A stretch of 63,349 bases of DNA, filler included, from Albugo candida (Eukaryota): NCBI GenBank assembly GCA_040437565.1. It is 56 parts of 56 records of this genome, joined end to end, with 100 filler letters (N's around TTAATTAATTAA, not from the genome) between each part and the next. Parts side by side here need not be neighbours in the genome. Positions count along the whole stretch, not along the records: positions 46,732 to 47,754 come from JBDOQK010000745.1; positions 47,855 to 48,876 come from JBDOQK010000746.1; positions 48,977 to 49,997 come from JBDOQK010000747.1; positions 50,098 to 51,117 come from JBDOQK010000748.1; positions 51,218 to 52,235 come from JBDOQK010000749.1; positions 52,336 to 53,353 come from JBDOQK010000750.1; positions 53,454 to 54,470 come from JBDOQK010000751.1; positions 54,571 to 55,584 come from JBDOQK010000752.1; 48 more parts are not named here. The stretch is one strand, 5' to 3'. A model generated the notes under the pieces. That model was not told where the DNA came from, did not search any database, and saw only the letters and a list, made by a program, of their open reading frames with translations. Position numbers and translations under genes: made by a program. Every line of letters begins with the position of its first letter. Positions within the stretch are counted from its first letter, which is position 1. Positions 47,612 to 61,637 of this stretch are shown here, one piece after another.

Positions 47612-48976
47612 ATAGTAGCTGTCGATAGCTCTCAATAGCTTTTATAGCTTTTGGTAGTTTTCTGGAGCTACTTATTACGCAGAAACTTTTAACCGAGTAC
47701 TTCTAGCCAATAACAAGAGCTAATTATTCAAATTCCGTTGCACTATTTAAACCCNNNNNNNNNNNNNNNNNNNNNNNNNNNNNNNNNNNNNNNNNNNNTT
47801 AATTAATTAANNNNNNNNNNNNNNNNNNNNNNNNNNNNNNNNNNNNNNNNNNNNAAAAAAAAAACCTGTTGTTGTTAAAATGATGATTTATTAATGAAAA
47901 CTTGTTGGGTCAAACAAGATTTTTTTTTCCCAACTTGTCAATGATGATCATCATTTGAATTTAGATATTTTTCTTTTTCTCTTGGATAAAGTACTACCGC
48001 CTTTTCTGAAGACGAATATTAGTTTCTTTTGAAAGAGAAAAATGCCTTGGCGCGAATGACAGCAGTCCAAAAGTAGTAGTACTAGACTTGAGCTCTCATT
48101 GAAAATTGAAACAACAAAAGAAACTTCAATTGATTATATGTACTGATACATAGTCTGATGGCACGTCCTCCCATTTTTTTTTCACAGCAACAGCTCGAAT
48201 GGATCCCAATTTTTTTCTGTAGTACAACATTTAGAATTGGAAATAATAAATGGCGGCAGATTATTTTATTATTAGAAAGAAGGAGCTTCTTTGCCTTTAG
48301 ATTTTCCTAGGTTTACATCTTGTGGTCAACTAGGTCACTCAACTCATTCTACTCAAACTATAATATCAATCACTCTTTAAAAGATCATTCGCTTAAAGCA
48401 AAGACTCTTCTTCTTTGCATTAACCACCACCGAATAAAGTTTAATAAAACATTTTTTGAAAAAGAACAAAAACTACCAGCTGTGTTTGTGTGTGTGTGTG
48501 CTGTGGAGGTCTCGGGTTTAAATGATCGTTGGAAAAGTATGACGCATGACCAGCAAACAGCAGAGAAAAACAATGAATCATTATTTTATGTATAGTTGAC
48601 TTCATTCAATACTTTTAGAGGAGTATATATAAATCTGAAAGAGAGGTTAAAGGCTGATGAGGCAGAAAGGATGAACTGTAGCGCTGAAGTCCATGAGATT
48701 GAAAAGGGACAAATTTGTGGAGCCTTTGAAAGTTCAATAGCAATGAATCAAAAATAGTAATTTTCAGCTGTCAATCAATCCTCAACTTTCTGGATTGAGT
48801 ATAGTTTAGAAGAAAGACTAGTGGTAGTTTCAGCCAGACATGTATCTCAGTAGTTAACCTGGGCAATAAAACGAATNNNNNNNNNNNNNNNNNNNNNNNN
48901 NNNNNNNNNNNNNNNNNNNNTTAATTAATTAANNNNNNNNNNNNNNNNNNNNNNNNNNNNNNNNNNNNNNNNNNNN

Positions 48977-49997
48977 ATCTCACAAACATATCATGCATAA
49001 CTTTTGGAGTTTTCAAGCCAGATTCAACAACTACTTTGGTGTCGAAATCTTCTGCTTCTAAACCTGCTTCTCCACAGCCAAGTTCCATTCCACTTTTACT
49101 ACAAATTATAAGGTCATTCTTTCTTCCTACTTTCTTTCTAGTTATATTTTCTGTGCTTCTTCCTTGGTTTTTTCTTGCGGCTGATGATACCGATGAAGGT
49201 TCACCCCTATTAAAATGTATTAAGATTGAATGGCTAGTAAATGAATAGGTACCAACTAAGAGTTATTGCCAATTACCTTTTTGCTACCAAATCATAAGAA
49301 TTGATCATCTGATCAACAATATTCCAGATGTTGACCAAAATGTCATTTTCTAATACTTTTGGTCTATTAAAAAAACCATTTCTACAAGTGTTTAACATAA
49401 ATTTAAGACAGGATGTGGAAACATACAAGTCTTTTTGTTCATAGTATGAATAATTGTCTAAATGATCAATTCCTTCATATGTTTTCTAAACAAAAAATAA
49501 GTTCCTTTAGAAGCTGTAACAAAAGTAAAACGATTCTCTTACCAAACTAGCTATTTTTTCAAGGTGACCTAGCAAGTGGTCTGGAATTGTTGGCAACGGT
49601 TTGTTATTCTCACTTGTGATTTGTTTCCAGTAGTCACCATATCTTGCTTTTAAGTCACTGTCTTTGATATTGATTACAAATGAATGGGCCATACTAAAAA
49701 CAAAGTTAATAAGTTCGTAATCACTTTGATAAAGTATAAGTTATTATTACTTTTTTCGCCCTGAAGTTTTGGCATATCCATAAAGGACGTCTTCTACATA
49801 GACGTTGTTTGCCAGTTTCCGTTTCTTGTTTTCGTGCATCATCTTCTTGAAAGCCAAAGATAGTGCTTCAAGATTGGAGAAAGTTGAGGCATATAATGTG
49901 TACTACTGGAAGTAAGTACAGTAGTTCAAAATGATGGACTTTGCGAGCTGCTGAATCTTCCTTTTTCTGGTTCAGTTTCATCTTTTTTGAAAAGTGG
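48977..49997 (-). CDS. Spliced fungal hypothetical protein with a PD-(D/E)XK nuclease-like domain (fragment)
   Basis: LENDILVNIW..|GEPSSVSSAARKNQGR..RKKVGRKNDLII..ELGCGEAG..TK...ESGLKTPKVMHDM; several short introns. Confidence 0.6.
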
Positions 49998-50097
49998 NNN
50001 NNNNNNNNNNNNNNNNNNNNNNNNNNNNNNNNNNNNNNNNNTTAATTAATTAANNNNNNNNNNNNNNNNNNNNNNNNNNNNNNNNNNNNNNNNNNNN

Positions 50098-51117
50098 CCA
50101 TTCCCCACATTGACGAAGTATTAGATTCACTAGCTGATGCAACCGTTTATACTACGTTGGATGCTGCTACTGGTTACTGGCAAGTTGAAATGGACGAAAA
50201 CTCTATAGAGAAGACTGGTTTTGTGTGTAAGTTTGGAACCTACCTGTTTAATGTAATGCCCTTTGGTTTGACGTCAGCTCCTTCAACTTTTCAACGTATG
50301 ATGAATACTCTTTTACATGATTATATCGGTGTGTTTGTTTACATTTTCATTGACGATATTTTGGTATATAGTAAGGATGAAGAATCTCATGCGAGAAATT
50401 TAAAAGCGGTATTTGAAGCTTGTAAAAAAGGAAATCTGAGGCTAAGAAAGGAAAAATGTCAATTTGGTAAGTCAAAGGTAATTTATCTTGGTCATGAAGT
50501 TGGATCTGCTGGACTACAACCTGGTGAAAGTAATGTGAAAAGGATGCTGAAGATGAGAGAACCAGAGAATAAAGATGATGTTAGATCGTTTTTGGGAACT
50601 GTGGGTTACTATAGAAGGTTTATCGAAGACTTTTCTGCGAAGGCCCAACCTTTAACCAAGCTGTTGAAGAATCATGTAGCATTTGAATGGCAGGAAGAAC
50701 AATTAAAATCGTTTAATTTTTTAGTGAGTACCTTGATGAATCCTCCTATATTATCATTTCCGGTGCGAGAACAGGTGAAAATTCTCACTACTGATGCTTC
50801 ATATGAAGGTTTAGGAGCTATTTTATCTCAATCCCCAACTGGTACTGAAGAAAGTGAAACTGTGATTAGCTATGCGTCAAAGTCCATCAATAATGCTATG
50901 CTGAATTACACTGTTACTCATTTGGAAGCTTTGGCTATTATCTGGGCGGTGAACAGATATAGGTATTATTTATCAAATAAGGAAGAATTCATAATCAAGA
51001 CTGATCATGCTGCTCTGGAATTTATCTTGAATAATCCAAAACCGTCTCCAAAAATTGAAAGGTGGAAGGCATGTTTGATGGGATACAAATATAGAGTGAT
51101 GTATAAGAAAGGAAAAG
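50098..51117 (+). mobile_element. Ty3/Gypsy pol RT-RNase H (AT-rich host)
   Basis: LDAATGYWQV, VMPFGLTSAPSTFQR, FIDD, YLGH, TDASYEGLGAILSQ, LEALA, TDH. Confidence 0.96.
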
Positions 51118-53453
51118 NNNNNNNNNNNNNNNNNNNNNNNNNNNNNNNNNNNNNNNNNNNNTTAATTAATTAANNNNNNNNNNNNNNNNNNNNNNNNNNN
51201 NNNNNNNNNNNNNNNNNCACCATATTGCACAACAATACTGTTTGGCATAGACCTATATGGATACCACCACCACCACCACCACCATCACCACCAAAATCAC
51301 AACCACTTAAATTACCAGATCAACCTGCAAAATAATAAGCACCCTATTACATGAACCAATTTGAAAACTGATAACCATGCTATGACCACAAATAATTATT
51401 ACTGAGCGTTTATTATCTTTTATTATTATCTTTTATTTCTTCCACATGACAAATGAAATCTCCTAGGCTTACACTAAGCTTATTGTATAATCCAAAGTTT
51501 AAAAAAAAAAAAAATTCATACTTGGCTTCAAATGTAAACATTGAGATGTTTTTTATTTAAAATCGTGTGAAAATACTATGATTTGCTTAATATAAATCTA
51601 AGCTGTCTTCAAATACGGCTTTTGGATGTGTTCCATTGCTATCTTATTTTCCCAAATTGAATCTTATTGAATAATCTGTAAGAATAACTTAAAACAGAGG
51701 CGCTCTTAAATGAACAAGCTGTGAATTAAATATAAGAGATGTATGCAACAGTGTTTTTATTAGTAATAATATTAAAGGATTCTGCAGATATTCAGCTAAG
51801 AAGTTCAAGCGTAGTAAACTATGTAGCATAGCCACGACTACTCATTTGGAGCTATACTACTCTTCTTTGAACTGATTTTTTTTTCAGAGCAATTCATGAA
51901 TTTTGATGAAAGATGAGTAGCTTAAATATGAATAAGAACCAAGTAAATTTCAATAAACTCATTAAGTTTTCCAGCTTTGATAAACTATGTATTAGTTGAA
52001 TAGAAGATAGCTAAAAATAAAGAGAACGCACAGTGCTAGATGAGATATAAGTTACTAATGGAAATATATATAATCAACAACAAAACAAAATCCATTTCTG
52101 GCCAGACCGTATTAAAGCAACCTATTTAGGATGTCAATCATTAAAAGAGGAGACTATAGAGCCGAACAGAATACAGAATTAGGGTACCTAGAAAAAAATA
52201 TTGCTACAAACAAGAACAGAGATACTGTTACAGTGNNNNNNNNNNNNNNNNNNNNNNNNNNNNNNNNNNNNNNNNNNNNTTAATTAATTAANNNNNNNNN
52301 NNNNNNNNNNNNNNNNNNNNNNNNNNNNNNNNNNNTTATAAGAATTTTAAACACCATCTTATGCTGCTCTTGAGTAAGTTTATGGACTTGTGAATGATTA
52401 TTATGACGTTTTTTTTCTACTGCAATAAACCAATTTTTAAGGTCGAACTTCGAAGTTGGTGTTACCTATTCAAATTTGCATCCACACCTTTGGAAAGAAA
52501 CATTCTTCTAATGTCATTTTGTTTTTTTTTGCAGGTAAGCCACCTCTTTTATAAATGAAAAATCTTCTACAAAAGTGGCTGTTAACAGCTTTGTGTTTAG
52601 CCTGTTTTTCTTATAACAGTTCCAAAGTGACGCTTCTTCGCAAACTGATGCACATACTCAATTGATTACTTGTAATTGAAGAAATACGTTTAAAGCTGTC
52701 AAAATTATTAAATTAAATAGAAAGTCATTGATTGAGTATTTATTTATGGGGGACAAACAGTAAAAATGAGGGGACAAATAGCAATTCCCAAAATAAAATG
52801 ATGTTTTTATTAAATTTCTACCACAGTCAGTACTGTTTACGGTTTTGGAGTTGCGGTTAGCGATTACAAAAATAAGCTACGGTTTTGAATATTTTAAATA
52901 TTTGAAATTTGAACATTAAAAACCTTAAAGTTGCGGTTTACGATTACAGAAAAATGGTTACGGTTTATTCGTGAGCAGCTCTATACCTACCTGATTTTAT
53001 AATTTCAATGTTTGAAAGGATGTTATCAATTAAATTACTTTGTTTAGTAAATGAAACATTTGAACTGCTTAGGAAGAGTGCTTTTCATTCCATGCCGATT
53101 AAACAAACGATATAGAGCAGTTTTAGCATTAGATTCTCCTTGGAAGTTGACATTGAAATCACCAGCAATTATGAAATTAAAGTAATCTTGTTGAAAGATA
53201 AAATTCATAGCTTTCAGGACAAAAAAGTAGGGGTATGAAGAGAAGCATAGATACTGCAGAATAAAGTTGAATTTACATCTACCAGGAATAAACTTGTCGT
53301 ATTTGGGAATAGTTCACATATAAACATATATGCTCACTAATACAAAACAATCANNNNNNNNNNNNNNNNNNNNNNNNNNNNNNNNNNNNNNNNNNNNTTA
53401 ATTAATTAANNNNNNNNNNNNNNNNNNNNNNNNNNNNNNNNNNNNNNNNNNNN

Positions 53454-54422
53454 AGAATCTATATAAAGAAATTAGAGGGTTTTCTTTTACAAAAATAGCA
53501 TTTATCTTACTTATCAAAAAGAGGATTTTGCTGTTGAACAGCGTGCGACGTCTAGCTTGTAACTTCTGGGCTTCAGTCCTAGGCACAGTTCTGGTTCTGA
53601 ACCTACCGCCTCTGACAATTGCTTGCGAGGGAGCTTGGAAAAAGGTATTGGTTAATATTTGATATAGAAGGAAATGTGTATATTCTTACTTTGACCGCTA
53701 TCGTTCATCAAAACGTATTCCCTAAACATGTTGGAAACACATTTTTCTCCTGCCAACGTATCACAAAGCATTTTGTCAAAGCCTACAGCACAAGCTAAAA
53801 ACAATAAACATATAACATTGAGTATTATCAATAAAAGCAACATTTAAACAAACAAAAACTCACAAGTGCCGTAAACAGCATAGTCCTCGATGCCGACAAT
53901 GTTTGCTAAAGGCCTTCTTACGGTTGCATAAGCTACCACATGAAGACCATTTTCTACGTAAAGCTTATTTGCAAGCTTTTGTAAGGACTTCATGGGATGC
54001 ACTTTGCTTCTTTGGACAGAAGAACTTCTCTCGGATTCTCTGGCCTGAAAATCTTCTTTGAGAGTTCTTTTCTCTTCTTCACTCAAAGCTGCGTAAGCTC
54101 GGGTAGCTCCTGCTACACCATTAGGATCTATGTAATAATTTGAAGTGAGCATGCCTTTACTTGTAATGTATAAGATTAAAGCAACCCATTCCTTACATTT
54201 TGATGAATTGTCAGCTAAAAAAGAATAATAATAATTATCCTCTCTTTTTTTTTCACGCATAGTTTCAAACCCCATGTCTTCTGCGAACATATACTTGAGA
54301 ATCCCCTCATCGACCTGATCTTTAAACTCGTTAGCGATCTCTTCCAACATGCGTTCGTTCATTTGCTTGAGATGTGCCATCCTTTGTTTCAATTCGATAG
54401 GGAGGTTTGAGTAATCAGCCAT
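53454..54422 (-). CDS. Spliced fungal hypothetical protein with a degenerate HMG-box-like segment
   Basis: ATG at 54422; NYYYSFL...AYAALSEEEKRTLKE; several GT-AG introns. Confidence 0.45.
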
Positions 54423-54794
54423 GATAAAACCGTTCAAATAGTAAAAAAGGAAAAAGGAAAAAGGAAAAAGNNNNNNNNNNNNNNNNNNNNNNNNNNNNNN
54501 NNNNNNNNNNNNNNTTAATTAATTAANNNNNNNNNNNNNNNNNNNNNNNNNNNNNNNNNNNNNNNNNNNNGTCAGTGAACAAAACCGGCACATAACTACC
54601 GGTAATTTCTCCTTTTATTTTTAAAATTTTATTTTCACATTTTATTTTCCTTCTTCCCTTTTAATTTTTTTTTAAAGAAATGTTAAATGTTAAAAAAAAA
54701 GTACGAACATATTTAAAGTGTCATTAGCAATTTTGTTTAATAAAGTTACTTGCAGAAGTTATAGATTGAACTTCACTTTAGTGGCAGTCAATTG

Positions 54795-55584
54795 AAATAA
54801 CTACCACACACCAAAAATAATTGTATTGTGAGGTGATTTCAACCACTGTCAAAGAAATAGGTAAAAAAAGGCAGCTTTTAAAAAATAACATAATCATGGT
54901 AAAGTCATGTCAACACGCAACATAAAATAAAAACATAACGACTTCACGGTAATAGTAGATAATAGAAACAACTACAACACACAAAAACAATTGCACTGTG
55001 AGGTGATTTCAACCACTGTCAAAGAAATAGTTGAAAAAGGCAACTTTTAAAAAATAGCATAATCATGGTAAAGTCATGTCAACACGCAACATAAAATAAA
55101 AACATAACGACTTCACGGTAATAGTAGATAATAGAAACAACTACAACACACAAAAACAATTGCACTGTGAGGTGATTTCAACCACTGTCAAAGAAATAGT
55201 TGAAAAAGGCAACTTTTAAAAAATAGCATAATCATGGTAAAGTCATGTCAACACGCAACATAAAATAAAAACATAACGACTTCACGGTAATAGTAGATAA
55301 TAGAAACAACTACAACACACAAAAACAATTGCACTGTGAGGTGATTTCAACCACTGTCAAAGAAATAGTTGAAAAAGGCAACTTTTAAAAAATAGCATAA
55401 TCATGGTAAAGTCATGTCAACACGCAACATAAAATAAAAACATAACGACTTCACGGTAATAGTAGATAATAGAAACAACTACAACACACAAAAACAATTG
55501 CACTGTGAGGTGATTTCAACCACTGTCAAAGAAATAGTTGAAAAAGGCAACTTTTAAAAAATAGCATAATCATGGTAAAGTCAT
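54795..55584. repeat. 169-bp tandem repeat (satellite-like), about 4.6 copies, running to the contig end
   Basis: The anchor GTGAGGTGATTTCAACC occurs at 54828, 54998, 55167, 55336 and 55505. Confidence 0.95.
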
Positions 55585-58023
55585 NNNNNNNNNNNNNNNN
55601 NNNNNNNNNNNNNNNNNNNNNNNNNNNNTTAATTAATTAANNNNNNNNNNNNNNNNNNNNNNNNNNNNNNNNNNNNNNNNNNNNCTGGCTAATAACCAAG
55701 CATAAGTATACACAAAATATAAAACCATATGACTTTTATATAAGTAGAAAAAGATCATATATGAACATATAACCTGTGAATAGCTGGTCAAATTTCCCAT
55801 GAATATATTCTGGATATACAAGTGCAGAACATGAGCACTATGCCTCCATGCAGCTAGCTGCTATAAAAAGTATTTGTTTCTACATAAGAAGCACTATTTA
55901 TTACGCAAAAGCAGCATTTTAGTTTTTAATTAGTTGTGAACAATAATGTTGTATTGTTTGTTTTCTTATCTTTCCAGAGTTGCAAACGAAAATTTGAAAA
56001 ATTCGACAAGGGATGTACTATACATACATCGTTTACGTCCAGTAATGCTAGAAAAGCATGAAACGGTAAAAAGGATAGAATGCGATATGACAGGCAGAAA
56101 ATCAGACGAAGCTTTCTACATCCACTGCCGTTGCGACTTTCATCATAAAAAAAGGAAGCAGTCTACCATGTACACCTGACATTTAGACTTTTATTTACTT
56201 CATATTTTTTTTAAAAAATATGTGCTAATGCACATATAAATCTTTCTCGTTTATTATAACATGCTCATAGCCTAGATACAAATGTTACAATATTCGTTAT
56301 ATAACTGCGATATTTCTAGACATCAAATGTTTTATGTACAATTGTGCCAAATACATGTATAACATATCTTGCTCCAGATAAACGCAATATAATAGAAGCT
56401 TTAATTGAAGACTTGTTATCTTTTTAATCAGGCTCTGTTACCCGTTTGGTTAGTTTTTTTGAGATATCACTCTTTTCGAAAAAAATTTAATTGGGGAAGT
56501 TTTATATGCGCTTGGTAAATTTAATAATAATAGTATCAAAAGCTATCAAGAAAACTGTGAGTATAAACAATTTTCCAAAGTCGATTTTAACATATGAAAG
56601 GAAAGATGATATTCTGTTTTAAATATAATCAATTACTACGAGATGTTTAATTTTAAAGGTGCCGAAAACAGACATCGTTTCATAAAATCAAAAGCCCNNN
56701 NNNNNNNNNNNNNNNNNNNNNNNNNNNNNNNNNNNNNNNNNTTAATTAATTAANNNNNNNNNNNNNNNNNNNNNNNNNNNNNNNNNNNNNNNNNNNNTTC
56801 CATATTCTCACCAAGTCTTTTTTTCGCTAATTTTCGAAAGTGAACAGTATAGTTTTATGATCACAGGAAAACGAACAGCCCTCGGCCATGGTACGATACG
56901 TAGAATTAGCAGGAAATATTTAAGCAGAAGAGACTCGAGGCGATATGAATGGATCACAATATTAAATTTTTGAAATACCTCATACCTGATTTTAGCATTG
57001 CTGCTGCGCGAGATTCGAGTAGAGCCCGCCCCATAAAAACTTATCGAGTGTCACAAGTGTTCTACTTACGATATCATTGAACGTAGGCTGGAGGGATAAG
57101 AGAAGATTATTATGAGTTTTCCAACCAGCTCCGATGTATGCTGCTTGGTATTTTGCATCCATGAATATGAAAGGATAATCGTACGACGTGTGCCTTTTTT
57201 CGATTATCTTTGCTTTTAAAATTGATTTTTCCCATCCGTACAAGATAGGAAGTAAAGTAGATGATCCTCGAGTGTGTTGTGTCAATTCAAGCTGTAAGAG
57301 GACATGTCTTTCTTTCGACAAAAAAAGTTTCTCAAATTAGAGCGAGTCGGTCGAGATACCTGATCATTACAGAGTATCGGAGAAAGCCTCTGCAGTTATG
57401 AACGTCAAATCCATCTTGCCATACTCGTTAGTTTGATTAAGTTTAGGTATGAAACGTCACGGTGCCTTCAATGATGATGTGAAATTTAAGATATTTCAAG
57501 GACGACATGAGGCTGCTGCTACATCATCAATTTGTACTCCGCGTATCCATTCCACGAAGCAAACATGAATAACACATCGAGCACCTTTCGGCAGGCTCCA
57601 TGTCGTCTACGATGGAAGCATATCTGCAATCTGTGTTGCTAGTGAGATAAAAAAAGTCGTCAGTGGATAAAAGATTAATTCCTGTAGCTCGTATGGATTC
57701 CCCCCAACATTTTGATCTTTTCTCCTATCTCAAAATTGCATTGTAAATATAGTGAACACTTCTGATAAACATTGCGCTTTCTCATGTATTGTATTCGCTG
57801 CATCGAGACNNNNNNNNNNNNNNNNNNNNNNNNNNNNNNNNNNNNNNNNNNNNTTAATTAATTAANNNNNNNNNNNNNNNNNNNNNNNNNNNNNNNNNNN
57901 NNNNNNNNNCTATTACTCTGCCTATTTTAGCGCGGTGCATGAAAAATAATTATAAGGCGCGTCTTTTTTTTTTTTCTCTTTTTTCTTCTTTTTTCTTTTT
58001 ACTTTCCATTATAAAAATATAAA

Positions 58024-58919
58024 ATGACTTCGAAATCTGCTGAATGGAGCTCTAAAAAGGGTAAAAAGAAGAATGGTTCTTCAAAGCAGCAAACTGTTGT
58101 AGCTGCCGAGAAAAGTAAGTACAAACAACGGGAGAGTGATATGCTTGTTGTACTAAAAAGAGTACTTTTATGGTGTAGAGGTTGAAAATATTACTATTCC
58201 CTCTTCTGACAGTGATAAAACTGTTCACAAGCACAAGAAAACTGTAAAGTCTGTTGGAATATATGATAGAGAAAACGAAAAGCAAAAGGTAAAGCATAAA
58301 CCCTTGAAAAAAACACTGTTTTTCACATGCTAATAAAATAAATTTTTCACTATAGAAACAAAAGAAAAAGTCGTTGGCTCGTAAATTCATGTCTTTATCT
58401 ATTGTTGCTTACTTGGGTTATAGTACTTTTTATGCTTGTGGCTCTCCATTTGATCGAACAAGTGAAAAACCATTGATTTGTTCTGCTATTGATCCTATTA
58501 AATTAGATATTTATTCTCTTTTCCAATCAGATTATTATAAACAACATCTTCACCCTTATGTTTCCCCTGTCATCAACAAAGCAACTCGAGCATATCACGA
58601 CTATGGTGTACCTGCACAACATCAAGTAGTAGATATATATTATAAACATGGTCAACCCAACTTGAACCGTGCTTATGGTCAAGTAGTAGACACTTACTAT
58701 AAACATGGTCAACCTAATTTAGAGCGTGCTTATGTTCAAGTCAATCATGTCGTTGTACCTATCTATCAAAACAAAGTATTGCCTATTTACAACCAAAAGG
58801 TAGCTCCAGTCATCAACCCTTATATAAAACAAGCACAACCTTATTTAAATCAAATAAAACAAGCACGACCTGATTTAAATCAAATAAGACCAATGTACGA
58901 ACAAGGTGTAAAAACAATG
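58024..58919 (+). CDS. Fungal hypothetical membrane-anchored protein with amphipathic helical repeats (two introns; 3' truncated)
   Basis: ATG at 58024, GT-AG introns, TM segment FMSLSIVAYLGYSTFYAC, and a 19-aa duplication QVVD.YYKHGQPNL.RAY. Confidence 0.65.
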
Positions 58920-60533
58920 NNNNNNNNNNNNNNNNNNNNNNNNNNNNNNNNNNNNNNNNNNNNTTAATTAATTAANNNNNNNNNNNNNNNNNNNNNNNNN
59001 NNNNNNNNNNNNNNNNNNNTTTATTTATTATTGAGGAAAGCGGGCAACAATAATACTACGAGATATTATAGCAAGAAGATAAAAAAGTATAAAAAATATG
59101 TGACAGCGACAGAAGAGGGGGAAATACACTGCAATAAGTGAAAAAACGGTTATGAGAGCTCAAGTGTAGCATGTATTTAACATTTGATAGCTTCCCAAAG
59201 TCTTACATATAGTCACGCTGCTTCATCAACTTTATACATCCACTACTTGTGATTTACAAACCATGCTTTTTATTTATTGAAGCGACGACGACGTATATTT
59301 TAACCCAATATGCAAATATCCGTTTCTAAAACGTGTGTTTTACAGGATATACAGCTTTTTGGGAACACAGTACCCAATCTATTCGGAACCTGAAAAACCG
59401 TACATCATCATCTCCTAAGGCTTGAGAATCCCATAACATGCATCTCATAACCTGCTGTACATCCCATAATAATAACTTATAAATCCTGAGATAATTTGTA
59501 CTTTTTGAAACCTGTAAATCTAGTAATTAATAAAAGTCCCATAATCAAGTCTCTCTATATAATTATAACTCTCATAAAACGACACGTAAAAGTTTTATGA
59601 ATCGCACGAAACTGTTTCATAAAACTTTGATTTCTCTAAAACTGGATCAATTTTTTTTTTGGCAAGTAACCAGATAACAATAGAAACGCTGCAAAGTTCA
59701 GGCTCTGCTATATGAAACCTTCAGAAGGAAAAAAGCGTGACATGAGTTCAATGTAAAAGCAAAAAAGAAAGATTGATTTCAATTATACAACATCGGTTAA
59801 TTGAAATGAGAAAGTGAGTTCTTCTTTAATACTTGTGTTAAACAAAAACTTAGTAGATTTATTTACTGATAATACTATCACAGAAAGTAGCAAGCTCGAT
59901 ATCTCTGGTGGATAAACCTTGACAGTCGTGTGTTGATAAAGTGATTTCAACTCTGTTATACACCTATTCAAAAATATTTTATTAGTAAACACCTAAAGGT
60001 TACTTGATACAATTCCCAAGAACTTACATNNNNNNNNNNNNNNNNNNNNNNNNNNNNNNNNNNNNNNNNNNNNTTAATTAATTAANNNNNNNNNNNNNNN
60101 NNNNNNNNNNNNNNNNNNNNNNNNNNNNNTGGAAGACTTCCAAAACTCGAATTAACTGAAAATTAACCGGGATACTGAATTTATTTTTTCAAAAATTACA
60201 CAAGTGTAACAGGGAATTAACTTTAATTTTCTATTAACTTTCACAGCTTAAGTTAATTTCTCTCCAGCTAAAGTTAATTATGGCCCCCCACCCCCTAGAA
60301 TTAACTCGTCAATTAAAAAAAAAAAAATTAACTAAAAATTTTTAAAAAACGTGTGCATTAAATGACTTGTTCGTATGAAAATAGTATCAAAATGTGAAAA
60401 AAAATTTATTCAGTACGTTGACGTTTGTTTGATTCATTTTCTTGCTGGTTTTCACCTGAGGATAACTAAGAAATAATTAAAGCAATTACATGATGCTTTT
60501 TAATAAATTTGTTGATTTCCTTTTTTTAAAAAT

Positions 60534-61138
60534 TTAAACTATTACCTTTGCCAGTACACTCTGAAGCATATCGAACATAGTATCGACCTTGTTCGAAACA
60601 GAACTGAAGTCATCCTCAAGTTTCTTGAATCTTTCATCGCTATTGTTGTTGTTGTTGGTTGATGAAGAATCACCATTGCTTTTCTCCATTCTTGTAGTAA
60701 TAGAATCAGCAAGTCTACCAAACTTTTCAGTAAACTCATAAATGGCTTGCTGATTACCCTTGGTCTTGCGAGGCACTGGCGTAGTTCTCGAGGAGACAGC
60801 ACGAGGAGAAGGTGCGGCCTGATCAGTGGAGGCTGCCGCTTCTTGAACCAGTTCAGCAATGGTAGGGAAGGTGTTTCCACCTCCAACACGATCGGACTCT
60901 TCTTCCAATTCCTCTTCAGATGAATCTTCTTCAGAGCCTCCCATTGAGTTTGAGCAAGTCTTTTTCTTGATTAACTCCTCAATTTCTTTAGCACGGGTGA
61001 CCAAGAAGGGACGAGTAGGGTTTCCTATCATACATATTGAATAAATAATTAGAAATACTGATTTGCAATACTCCTTGTCAACATTATTATACAAACCTGT
61101 GGATCCCTTTTTTCCTTGCATAGTATTGTACAAGGTTT
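60534..61138 (-). CDS. 3' part of a DUF6818-like, probably Harbinger-associated protein (intron 61025-61096)
   Basis: Splicing gives KKGSTGNPTRPFLVTRAKEIEELI, then an acidic linker and a C-terminal coiled coil. Confidence 0.5.
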
Positions 61139-61637
61139 NNNNNNNNNNNNNNNNNNNNNNNNNNNNNNNNNNNNNNNNNNNNTTAATTAATTAANNNNNN
61201 NNNNNNNNNNNNNNNNNNNNNNNNNNNNNNNNNNNNNNGGGGGAATGGTTTTGTCTCGTTTTCACGCGGTTAGGATTGTGCTTTGCCTGCGTATCGTCGC
61301 CGCGCAGGCCGCCTAACGTTCGTCAAGGGAAAATGAGCCTCCTGAAGGGCTGGTAATACGTAGATGTCTGCCACCACGATGTCCCTGCGTTTCGTCTCAG
61401 AAACCAGGGGCCTCTCCGCAGACGGATCGACCGCCGTCGGCGATCCACTATTGAAATTGAAGTGGGGTGCTTGGAAATGTGGGGCGTGAATTTGAGGGGC
61501 AGCCGGAATACGATCGCTAGCGTGTCGTGGTCCTGTATTTTTATTGGGGTGGGTAAGTTGGCCGATCGTTTGCGGAGCACGAAAAGGCCATTGGTAACAG
61601 TCGCCTACGTCCAATCTGGTCTTGAAGGGGATTTTTG

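Noticed and set aside
48481..48500. (TG)n microsatellite
   Set aside because: Short and ordinary.
51218..51334. CCA repeat read as poly-His or poly-Pro
   Set aside because: Probably a gene 3' end (poly-Pro frame), but too short to assign a frame or product.
54795..55584. CRISPR array
   Set aside because: Whole 169-bp units are repeated with no variable spacers.
56798..57809. Degenerate transposase or retroelement remnant
   Set aside because: No diagnostic motif could be read.
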